A stretch of 64,000 nt of DNA from assembly GCA_036172245.1 (NCBI GenBank), contig JAYWIR010000033.1, forward strand, positions 744,001 through 808,000. The letters run 5' to 3'. The translations under genes and the position numbers were made by a program. Origin of the DNA: Raillietiella orientalis. Lineage: Eukaryota. The notes below the pieces were generated by a model. The model was given only the letters and a program-made list of their open reading frames with translations, was not told the origin of the DNA and searched no databases. Position 1 is the stretch's first letter, and each line of letters starts with the position of its first letter. Shown piece after piece: positions 23,751 through 35,399 of this stretch.

Positions 23751-24669
23751 CAGTAACCTACTGATGCTCAGGATTCCACAGAAAAACCGCTCAGGGTTCC
23801 CACTTGGTTCTCTTACTTGCTATGGAAACCAGGGCTTTCCACTTGGTTCTCGAGTGTCTTTTGAGTTGTTTAACGCTTTGCTATCACTTCGAATTTTGCG
23901 ATTCATTTAGAAATGAATAGGAAACTTCAGATGACTACGACTGTGAGCGGCCGGCCGTGCGCCCCGAGCAAGGGCCAATTAACGCTATTCCGCCATTTTG
24001 AAGTGGAATTCGGTCTTGCATGTCGCTTAGGTAGACCGAATCTCTATTGTCCTGAACGGCATTTCTCCATTTATTTATTTTTTTCTTTTGTGTTTATGTG
24101 AGGAGATTGTCTTTTCCATTGGGAGCACTGGCCAGGTCAAAAAATTCTTTATACAACGTCACTGATGACGGTGAATGATGCAGGGGTTAATGGAGGGAGT
24201 TTTAGAAATCGCTCCGATAAATTATTGTGCACAGTTTGCTTACAGATGGCATTCACACATTGAATTGTGCAACAACTGCTAACCTCAACCCGCAAGTGTG
24301 ATTTCCACATTTAAGGGTATACAGCGATCACGGTAATCAGCATCTAAGAATTACGAAGCTGTTGGTCCGTTAATGCCCGGATGCTATCATCCATCCTCTT
24401 CGGAATCTGCACTTTGAAACTTTGAAACGTCCAAAGGGTACAAGAAGCCTCTGCAAGAGCCTCAGCACCAACCATGGTTAATCATTGCTAACATTACTGT
24501 GCTGGAATTCCTAACACCCAAACGGTTAATTAATGGTTCGCTGGGTGGAGACTAAAATTTGTTACCTCCTCGACTTGCTGATGATGTTCAGTTCATGCCT
24601 TCAGAGTGAGGAGATTCGACAGTGATGCTGCAATTCGTGGTTGTGGGCAACGGCGATTCAGGAAGAACA

Positions 24670-24703
24670 AACGAATACTACGAAAGGAGTCGTAGTATTC
24701 GTT
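24670..24703. repeat. Perfect 14 bp inverted repeat (6 nt loop)
   Basis: aacgaatactacga-aaggag-tcgtagtattcgtt. Confidence 0.9.
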
Positions 24704-24804
24704 CGAACAGTCGAAACTGTGATATTATGAATTAATTATCTAAAGTCCGATCGACAATGTAATATAATTGTAATGTAAAGACAACTGTAGTGCAATGCAA
24801 TGTA

Positions 24805-25591
24805 CACAGTGAGGTCCGTAAGTTACAGGACTGAATTTTTCACGGCCCCACTGGTCACAACATGTACCTGGGCGTAGCGGAAATGTGTACTATAAGTCTT
24901 CCTTAAATACTGTACAAAGCGACGTGACCGTGTGTTTATTTATTTGTTGTCAAGAAAAGATGCTTCGCGCAACTCGTGCTTCTTGACCTTTCTCAAGATC
25001 TCGAGATGGACGTGAAGGAAGATCGGAGCACCGCAATAGAGTTTTGTTTTTAAAACTGATTTCACCGTCTTCGGACAGAGCGCCACCGGTCCAGAAGGCT
25101 TAGCGGAAACATAGCCCCGGGCCGTCCGAACATCTTTCACTGACCTCTCGAATGATAGTCCAAGCTCTCGGAGTACCGAAAACTGTCGCAAAGATTTAAA
25201 GGAGCGACAGCTGCGCGCACGATTCGTCCCTCATTCCCTGCCTCGAGAGCAAAGGGACACGCGAGTTGCTGCGCGCCGGGATTTGCTGGACACGATCAAG
25301 ACGGACAAGAGCTCTCCTCTCGTCCACTTCCTATTGCCCGAAATCAACTTGAAGCGGGAAAGGGGTCCGACTGGGTACCATCGATGACATTCAGATAGGC
25401 CGTGACGGAGCCTTCGAAGGAGGTCCCTGATAGGGAGTGCTCCAGCGCCATGCAGAAGTCAGAATCCCGCGCTCAGCAGCGCACAGAGCCAGGTGGATTC
25501 TATTCTGAATGAACAAAATGTAAACAGAAGTTATTCCGTTTCTTTCTTCTTTTTTTTTTTTTTAATTTTCATACTTTTGGACTGCACTGAG
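24805..25591 (+). mobile_element. Internally deleted mariner element with degenerate TIRs and TA target duplication
   Basis: TA|cacagtgaggtccgtaagtt ... acttttggactgcactgag|TA. Peptides MDVKEDRSTAIEFCF, RARFVPHSLPREQRDTRV (WVPHEL motif) and GGFYSE* (G.YFE* end). DDD domain missing. Confidence 0.8.
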
Positions 25592-25779
25592 TACGCATTT
25601 ATAACCTTTGATGGCAGATGCCCTATGGCATATTTTTTGACGTAAGGTACTTCGAGGGAAACATCTTGAAAGGAGCAGTATTCTCTTACTTCTTGTATCT
25701 CCCCAGTCCATCGTGCGGTGGGGTGGGTTGATCGAACGATCAAAAGCAATTCAGCCCACAGCGAACACTGACGTCACTC

Positions 25780-25820
25780 TTAACCCTTTGAGTGCTGCGG
25801 ACGCATCTATGCGTTTGGCA
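25780..25820 (+). mobile_element. piggyBac-like terminus
   Basis: TTAA-CCCTTTgagtgctgcgg followed by a subterminal palindrome acgcatctatgcgt. Partner end not identified. Confidence 0.5.
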
Positions 25821-26819
25821 AATGTTTTTTTTTACCTTATCCCCGCGACCCGAGTTGACACTGTCGATGTTTGAGATGGACACTTACGTTCTTGTGATTC
25901 CCTTGGCAACAACAGTAAGCAAAATTCTGTTTATATCGGCTAACTGTTCTCAATTTTTCAGGGTCAGGTCTCTCTGAGAAGCCGAGAATAATACCATAAT
26001 ATTATAGTTGCGTCGTATGTAATTTATTATATTGTACCATGCCCAAATGAATTGTTGATTTTATTGGAATTACAATAATAATTTTAAAATAAATAACATA
26101 TGTTTGGGAGAAATGAAATTATTTCATTTAATGTGGTGCAAATAAACAATTACAATAGCAACTTTAATCAGCCCTTTACAAAGTCAATTGGTACCTCTGA
26201 TAGAGCACGCGGCACGCGAAAGAGCGTTCGGTCCACGGAGGTCGCAGCTGCGACCCGCGTGCCGCGACGCAGAAGAGTTGAGCTCTGCACACCTTACTCG
26301 TCGGGTGTCTTCTCCACCTGGAAAAGGTTTGTTTCCCGTATGGAGGGGAAAAGGGGTCAGGGGACGAGCGGGATGGACTGTTCGCTGCATACGATCACTT
26401 TGCCCCCGGCGTCTTGCTGTCAGAACTGTTCTCCTGCCAGCTCCCTCGATCCTTCAGAGGGCGCAACTGATGGTCCATGCTGGCCACCCTGCCTCAGCAC
26501 CTCACATTCCAGTTTCTTTCTTCAAGAGCCCTGTCAAAAAATTTTCCTTGCAGAAGAAACCTGCAGATCCTCATCAACAGGACAAAGGGCACTGACGATG
26601 CTCCGTACGAAGAATGCCAAAAATGACCTTCAACGCGGGGTCATGGGCACAACTCGTCCGCGAAAGAGAGTCCTCGAAGGATCTCGATTCTGGGACTGTG
26701 ATGGTGGTTCCACGCCTTGTCCACTCTCCAATCTTGGGAGAGGGTTCTGCATCTGTAAAGATGGATGTTAATTTCAGTGCTCTCTCATGCGGGGCAGCCT
26801 TCGTAGCTAGAGCGACTCA

Positions 26820-28196
26820 TCGCAGGATCCGTCCGTGGTGAAACATCGAGTGGCAAACTGGTGAACCTCCAGGCTCGCTTCCTCTCGCAGTTTCCTTTGC
26901 CACCGAGCTGCATGCTCGAGAAGAGGTGAACAACCACGCCCAAGGGGCCATCCCAGTCATCGCCAGTGCAGCCAACCCCCGTCGCAGCGAGGATGGTCGT
27001 CGGGACGCGTTGACAGGGTGCAGCGGTGTTCGTGCCACCCGGTGGCCATATAGACGAGCGACGCCTCTGGTTCTTTGCGCTCTTTCCCGAGATTTCCCTG
27101 CTGGACATCTGGAAGGTGGTCGGAGGTTCCCGGTGCCCTCGGATGCGGTTGGCATTGATCCGCCGAGTGCAGGACGTGGTCTGTGGCGCGCGGTTCGCCC
27201 CTCCTCCCCAGTCAAGTAAGGTCGAGCTCTCTTCCGCCATGCACATCGCGCTCCATCAGCAAGGCGACATATGCCCTTAGAAGACACATAGGCAGCAGCT
27301 TTACGGTTAGATGGGAGGTTACTGTGGAAACCTCCGGAAGGGGGAAAGGACTGAGCGAGTGGACGACGGGCTAGCTCACCGACGCCGCGATCCCAATTGC
27401 CTGACCTCGTGGACTTTTGCCCTGGGGCGTGCTTTTGAGTATTCCGAAGGAAGACCTGCAGTAGCCCCCGGTGCTCATGAACACCCGCATCCTCCCCTTT
27501 GAGTGGAGCTGATGCTGCTGCACTGGGGCCTCCCGTATAACACTCACTAGCATCATTGGACACGGGGGGAGGGGGGGACCCGAACTGTAACAGGTACGGG
27601 GAACGGGAATCCCTCCCGCACCACCAGTGGACTGTATTTGTGTTGCCCCATGTTGCCCTTCGGCCCCTTTGGGGACGCTTTGTTGCGTCCCCGTGGATCC
27701 CCGAGGGCAACCCCAGAGACGTTTTAAAGCACCTCTTCCTGCATGACGCTTTCAAGCCGGCCGCGTCCCTAGCAGCATTTTGCTGTCCACGCGGCGGGAC
27801 CGTGGCTGGATGGAGCAACGCCAGAGGAGGTCAGAACGGCAGGGACGCCATCCATTTGCTGTCCTCCTCATGAGGACAGCGTAAAGATGGCCCCATCTGG
27901 GAGTCTTGAAACAGGGACTTGCCGGCATTCTTACGGGGATGCAGAGGACACCCTCCAGCAGCCGATGATCTCTTCCCGAACTCAACCCATTTTATGTTTT
28001 CTGTTTTCTGTTTATTTCTTTTTGTTTGTATATCCTTCCCCTGTACTGCCGAGGCGCCCCCCGCTGGCCTGCGTGCCAGTTCCCGGAAGGTTCCTTCTCG
28101 TAGTTATGAGTAACGTGGCAGGATCAAACGTCCTGCCACAGGCATGGATGTTTGTTGTTTTTATAAATAACGTGGCCTTGGCGTGACCGGGTGTCT
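26820..28196 (+). mobile_element. Internally deleted L1/Tx1-like copy (APE-like piece fused to the 3' end)
   Basis: 26820-27270 matches the 15965-16330 region; 27270-28196 matches the zf-RVT/3' UTR of the other copies. Confidence 0.8.
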
Positions 28197-29399
28197 CCCA
28201 GCACGGATCCTCGCGAAGGGCGCAACTGGCTGAGAGGGACTCCCATCCCTCCTCGTCGCTCGCGAGAGATTGCTGAGGCGTAGCGGATGCCAACTCCTCC
28301 AGATGGTCCATCAGGCCTTTTTTTTACTCGGTTTTCTAAGATCCGAGACGTACACTCGCGGAAAACCTGCATCAGAGTGAAGTGTTTTCTTTATGGTCAA
28401 GGTTTGAACGCTCACGCAGGACAGTTGCATTCAAAGTATGCAAATCGTCACGATGGTGTGCGAACTCGTGTACCCGTAGGTCCCCCGACGAATCAAGGGA
28501 CAAGGACAAGCCTTTGTCAGGTGATAAGGGTGAACACTGAAGACGTTTTAGGACCTCTTGCAGCATCTTTGAAATCCTGAATTTTAAAAGCATGGTGAAT
28601 CCTATAGGTTGCTTTTGCAATCACGTTTACCACTGTAAACGTGATTGCAAGTATATAGAAAATGTGTTGCTAGCAACTATCCTTGTGTAAACGAATACTC
28701 CATCATTCTTTCAAGAGCCGGAACGAATTAATGTGTCTCATTCGTCAGTTTGCAAACGGGAATTTCAGAAAGAAGGAGGCGTAATTGGTGTGGGAAGGGT
28801 TGGTTCTCGATCCCTCACAACCTTTCCTCGAGAAGCAAAATGTCAGTGCAAGAAATCACGAATCGATCATCACGTACATATACGAATAAGAATCGGATAA
28901 TGGATAATTCATTGTCTTTTTTTTCTTTTCATAAATACGCCTTGTGCTTGGGGAATTCATAAACGAAATAATATTATCCATTTTCTATGAGATTCCAGCT
29001 TAGAATTCGCATTATAGACAGATCAGTCAATAATGATACTTCACTGCAAAATGCATCGGATGCTCACGTAAGAATGATACAGATACACAGAGCACTGCTC
29101 CATCATATTAAAGATCTGCAATGCGGCAGTTCTGGAAAGAGCCACATTTCTCTAATTCATATTATCTGCTTGGCTGGAAGTTATATCAGCAAACTGTTAC
29201 TGCAGAGGAGAAGATTCTATTACCTTTGAAAATTCTGGAACTGACTATAAGAACGCATCAGAGGTGGAAAAAAAAGCCTTCAGAAGAATCGTTTCTGTAA
29301 AGCTTCGAGATTATTCCAAGGAATTTTGGAATTGTGAAGAGAAGAATCACAAACTCTGCCTGTGTGGAACCGTTCTGGTTTCATGACTGTAGGCTATTC

Positions 29400-29760
29400 T
29401 AGAAAATGCTTTGAAGAGGATGGAGAGAAACTTCAAAATTGCATGCCTGAGGATGTGGCCTTCTTGCATAATGAATAATAAATGCATTTTTTTCTTCTAA
29501 TGGGAAGCACAGATGCGGCATATGCAATCGGTAGATTCGTTCCTCCATCCTTCAGTGATTCCACTCTTGCACTCTGCAGGCTCACTAATAAATATGTATG
29601 TGCACTAATGATGGATCTCCAGTTCCTTAAAAGTCTCAGTGTGACGTGGGCGTTTTCTCCCGAGTCGAAGTTTAGGGAGAGTCTGAAGCAGGAGGCGGCG
29701 ATCTGGAGAGACAAACAGATCAATCCAACACTCCATGGCATCACATCACCCATAACTGTT
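29400..29760 (-). mobile_element. Ty3/Gypsy-like RNase H relic
   Basis: KDGGTNLPIAYAASVLPIRRKKCIYYSLCKKA resembles dG.erPIAYaSr.L...Ek.YS..ekE. Confidence 0.45.
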
Positions 29761-29886
29761 CAGGGTATGTGTGGATGGAGGTTCTTCTCCATGCCTGCCC
29801 GATGTTTCACATACAATCTGTACATGGAGCCATGTTGAAGGTTTCTGATGCCACGGAGAAAAGCTAATTACATTTACTTAGTCATC

Positions 29887-29923
29887 ATTTAAGGTTGCGG
29901 GGTGCTGCCCCGCAACCTTAAAT
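29887..29923. repeat. Perfect 16 bp inverted repeat (5 nt loop)
   Basis: atttaaggttgcgggg-tgctg-ccccgcaaccttaaat. Confidence 0.95.
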
Positions 29924-32395
29924 CCAGGGATGTCACAGCTTGGGGATTCCCTTTTTCTCAGGCCCTCAAACAGCCACAGCACTTGATCTGATTTTCAAGC
30001 ATTTGTTGCAACATGGGCTAAACCTTTGGATTGGTTTTTAGCCGGTTTCCTTTGACACCGATGTTCTGCCCTTACCGGAAGCACACGGCTTTGAAACACT
30101 TGACCGAGTGAAGGCTCTCTGCAAAACCTTCAACACGTCGGTGATCAATTCTGTGGGGAAAAGGCGTTTCGCGCTTGAAAAACTCAAATCACACCATTCA
30201 CTTCACGCTCATGTCAGGACTACTCAAATGATTTCTTGGAAGTGGACGAATAGCAGGATATAGAAATGTCTCGAAGGGAAGCACAGTTTGCGAATAGTAT
30301 AACGAAAAGGTTACGGATTGCTTTATGAGATCTGTGAATACACAGAGCGTGGACCCCAAACTGTTTGGACCATTTCTGTGGATGAAATAGATCAAGAGCA
30401 GATCCAGTTCGTTGCACGCCGAATCTTAAAGTACATTACGTGGCTTGGCTTTCCATGAATCTGAATACCCCACGGGAAATCGACGGATAGCAGTATTCCC
30501 AAAAATAAAATATAAAAAATCGACGTGCAAGTGATTTGTTATTTATTCGGCGAATGAGAGTTTCTGATAGAGAGCATTAAAATTAAAAAAACAAAGAACA
30601 AAAATAACAACAACAACAACGATGGTGCATGAAACAGCTGAGGAAAACACCATCGTCCAAATGGTCTTTGAAAGGAGGAAGAAAAATTCATGAATGTCCA
30701 ACAATTTTTCTCAGCTTTTACTCAGAGACTAGAGGGAAAGATGTCCACAGAGACGAGCAGTTTGCAGAAGGAACTCTTCAGTGGTACTGAAAACGTGACG
30801 TGGCAACGTGATGGATTGTGAATGATATGAATGCTGCAAAGTTAAAAGAGAAAAAAAGGCTCGAGGCTACGCTTCAGGAAAGCAGCCTAAAATTCCAAAA
30901 CGTGCATTCCTTTCTTGGATGAATTCAGTTACTGCTAGAGCTGTAGATGTAATTAAATGCCCGCCATCTACTGCATTTGTTTGTGGTAAATACAAGAAAA
31001 AATGGGAATGAGGAAAACACGTTGAACCGACCGAGAGGTGGACGAACTACACCTGGGCAAAATCACAAAGCGTCCACATTTCAAAAGTTGCTTGGATACA
31101 GCGTGTGTTTGAGCGTCAAAATAGTTGCAGCAGCTGTTGTAATTCTTGGATGGCAATTTTTCTCAAGAGATGCACCAGGAATGAAGGAACGGAAACTGCA
31201 TTTGCAATGATTCGTCGGCAAAGAGGAAACTCAGCTCTGGAAGATCTTCCTAAAGCTTATGCGGTGTAGCAGTCGCGTTGGGAACACACCGAAGAGGAAA
31301 CCATGGAAACGTGAAGGGTTGCATGCTGCAGACAGGTGGATTCTCCTTTTCGGTCGTTACCGGAGCTTCTTCTTTTTTTCAACATTCTCGTATGAAAAGC
31401 AAGGGAGGCTGCAACGGGCTCAAGCAGGGTGGTGATGAATTTCGATTCTGCAGGGATCGCGGTGGTCAGCGGACATGGAAAACCCTGGGATGCCGTCTGC
31501 ACCTGCAGCCAATTACCTGTCTTCCCATTACTTAAGTAATGCCAAACCCAAACAACACGTGGGTTGCCCCCATCCCGAAAATGCATTTTCCCCCAGCTGA
31601 AATCCCGTTGACGTTCCAACGTTAATGAAATTTTCGAGCAATTAAAAGTTTTAACTGCTATGATCAAGTCGGTAATGACTTGTGATGCCCAATGCAACCT
31701 GCAGATGACCATCTCGAGGTCGTGTGAGATTGTACAGACCGACGAAAATTGTACGGTCCATTTTTGTTAGCTCATCAGAAATATGCATTAAGCTTCACTG
31801 AGTTACTAAAGAGCTGAAAGCAAGAAAGCTTTGTGTTAGCCAAACCAAGATGAGTGTCAGCATCGAATGCAGCATCTGATTATCCATGCTGCTTACGAAA
31901 CTAACATTTAGCAGGTTTTACTTATTGAAGCTAGGTTTCGGTTTTTTTTTTTTTTGTTTTTTTTTTTTTAAAGAAGTTAAATGTAATTAGCGAGTACAGG
32001 ATCCTGTATATTGTTTACTTGCACTATCAGATGCATAACGAACTAGAAATCAGGTTAAGTTAAAACTTAGAGACCAATACAGTAACGAAAAAAGATGTGA
32101 TTGTTTTTCGTTTCAATCGATGGTTAACAACTTTTACCTGACAACTTCCACGGAAAACGATGGTTAATATCATGACGTGAAATATTTGTATTTCATTATA
32201 ACAAGTAAAATAAAAATGTCGTGATTGATGTACTTCGTGTTTTTTCTCATTGCAGTTATAATTCGGTAACTGAAGAACACTATTTTTAATCACTGGATAT
32301 AACATTGTGTTTGCTTGCAGTCTGTTTTATAGTGTTCCATGATTCTATGATTGCAAGTAGATATTTTAAAAATTGCCTGCCTGTAGCTGCATAAG

Positions 32396-35114
32396 ATGGT
32401 TATTGGAACAAATGGTAGAAATGGAACTGTTAGATTGCTGAGCAATACCCCAGCTAGAGATTTATCAGACTGGGATGATATAGCTACATCCCTTATTGTT
32501 GATCCCTATTTGGGATTCACCACTCACAAGATGAACATAAGGTAAATATTTAAGCAACACTTTTTCAAGTGCTTAAACTACAACTACACGGAACTGTATG
32601 GTCAATTTTTTACATACATGTACATTATATTTATTAGATACAAACCCCAAAAAATTGCCAAGCATGAGCTAAAGGATATCATCACTGAATTCATCAAAAA
32701 TCAGAATTATGAGTTGGCTTTTAATCGTCTCTCAATACAGGAACAAGTGAAAACTTTTTTATTGAATAAGTCAAGGGAACAGTTTTTGATGTTCAAAGAA
32801 CATGTAAGAATATTTTATTTAATCAAGCAGAGAATTTCAAATTTTGTACGGTTCACCTTCTTTCCATTTTGTTTTAATGCCTATAAAGAAGTTATTTTAA
32901 CCAAACTGTTTGATATTATTAGATTTAGGTGAATGTACTGTACAGTTTCATGTGTTTTCAAATTTACTGAACATAGTGTTTTGAAATGACGGATTTGTTT
33001 GTGTCAAAGTACATATAATAGATGCTTTTTTCTTAAAAACACGGATCGTTTTAGAATACAATATGTCTCTAAAATACATTCGTTTTTGTTTTTGTGTTTT
33101 ATAAGCAGGTTTGAATTTGTAATTTGGGCTAGATTGGAGTGTGTGATTTTCATTGAATTACTTCATATGTATGAAAAACTCTATGCATTAATTTGAAACA
33201 AAGTTTCTAAGGCTGATTCACATTTCAAGGTCTATCATTATTTGAGGATGTTTGACAAAAATGCTGGCTTTTGTATTAAACCGTGCACTCGTTATTCAAT
33301 GGAAAACAATTTAGGAGGAGAGCTTTATGCAACGAGAAAGTGGTTTGTTGTTTAATGTCTTAAAATATCTATTTAACATACATTGTCATTTTAACATTCA
33401 TGTCCTTTTTTTTTTTAGATATTAAATATGCAAGCAAAAATTCATTGTTTTCTACATTCAATAAATTATGTTAATATTTTTATTATTGCCTTCACTGAAT
33501 AAAACTGCAAACTTTAAACAGATAAGATGTAGTTCAAAACAGTTTCAAGAGTTATTTCTCTTTAGGTATAAAAATGAAAAAATATCTTATTTAGTTGGTT
33601 GCATTGCTGAACTGAGTGAAGAGGAAGAATCTCAGTTGCTGCATCCTGGTAAAAATGATTTTTCAGTGATGTATAGTTGTAGAAAAAACTGTGCCCAGCT
33701 ATGGCTGGGCCCCGGAGCATACATTAATCATGATTGCCGAGCTAATTGTAAGGTTAGTTTTTAAATAATCCTTGTGGAAGTATCTTGTAATATTTGTAAC
33801 TGTTTTAGTTTGTGGCCACTGGAAGAAACACTGCTTGTGTGAAGGTGCTCCGAAATATCGAAATTGGAGAGCAGATTACATGCTTTTATGGCGAAGATTT
33901 TTTTGGAGATGGAAATTGCTTATGTGAATGTGAAACCTGTGAACGGTACATTAATCCACATTTAAAGCTTTAAAGTTAAAGTTTCACCTGTAGAAGAGGG
34001 AAAGGAGTTTTCTCACAATATGTCAACAAGCAGTTTGTGGGAGAGAAGTGTGGTTACCATTTTAGGGAAACAGATAATCGATTGAATCGCTTGAAGTACA
34101 GGAATACCAGAATGTCTGAGAAGAAGAAATTATCTGGGTGCTGTAATTCTTCTGGTGTTCAAAATGTGGCCCCGTTGGCAGAAAAGAAAGCATCAGTTTC
34201 AATATTGTTTTCCTCCTGTGCAATTGATGGATCTCCAAAAAGTGCAGATAAAACTGAAAATTCTGAAATGAGTTCAGTATCAAAGAATTCCTTAGGAAAC
34301 ACAGAAATGGGAGATGTGAATTTAGATTGCAAAGAAATTGTGTATCCCTTGGAAAAGATGCCAGAGGTTAGTTACTGATCCAGGACCTTGTTTTGCATGG
34401 ATGTTTTAGGGCATGACTCTACGTAATCGCCATGTCAGCACCTCAGGTTCTTCTTGCCTGACCAGTCTTGTCAGGAAACCTGATATGTATGAATGGAAAT
34501 CCAGTGAGACATTTGTGGAGAAAAAGCACAAACAGTTCACTGATAAATTTGTGAATTCAAATGCAGGAAGGGATATGAAAAGAGAGATTGTGTCAGTTCC
34601 CATGGATCTTTCTCCCCCTGACGTTCAGCCCACCATCCCCTCTGTGAATCTTAAAGTTCGAAATTGTCAACATTTTGACAGAGTGTCTGTACCCCCAGAG
34701 ACTGATGTGCAACTAGACTCCTCTAGTGCACAGAACCCTGCCTCCAACTCCTCAGTTGGTGTACAGGACGTTTTGCCTCCCACAAAACCTTCAGGAAAAC
34801 GTGTTAAACTGACACTACGTATGAAAAGAGATTTTTCCGTGGACACTTTTCTGAATCATGAGATCACATCTCCTCATTATGAAATATTAAGGTTGGAAGG
34901 TGTAGATGCAGATAGAGAGGATACTGCATATCACAAAAAAATTTCGAAAAATGTTTCCGATTTTAATTCAGAGTACAAAAACAAGTCCTTCAAAATCAAA
35001 AAGTTTGATGATTGCAATACGGAAAAACATGTTTTCAAGAGACTGAAGCTAACCTTTGGAAATGAGACTCATACCATTAATTTCACCCTGCCTGTTGAAA
35101 AATTGACTTCGTGA
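32396..35114 (+). CDS. Suv4-20: Histone H4K20 methyltransferase Suv4-20 (KMT5B/C family), 608 aa; exons 32396-32541, 32638-32803, 33230-33342, 33566-33752, 33809-33945, 33994-34366, 34410-35114
   Basis: [117 protein letters not shown]. All introns GT-AG; total 1827 nt. Confidence 0.96.
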
Positions 35115-35399
35115 TGCTTATTGACACTTTGAATATAATCATATCTTGTTTATACGTCAGAAATCCATTTTTGAATACTTGTTTTATGCAATATATTAAA
35201 AAAAAAAAATTACCCATTAATGTTGATAATATTAAGAGAAGCTTCATAGATATAAGTGAATATCTTGTAATATTTATCATGTTTACTACTAAAGTTTATT
35301 TCATATTAGACTATGGTTCATGCGTCGATTCTGAAATTTATTTGTAGTAATCAAGCAATATACTCTCCACAAAAGATTGGAATGGTGTTTTCTTTATGA

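Noticed and set aside
24150..24190. GGGGTTAA as the partner end of the piggyBac-like terminus at 25780 (also 36982)
   Set aside because: 24190 faces the wrong way, and neither site matches the 25784 terminus beyond CCC.
28370..28440. RVKCFLYGQGL resembling a BIR domain
   Set aside because: It lacks the remaining Cys/His/Trp ligands and has no exon structure.
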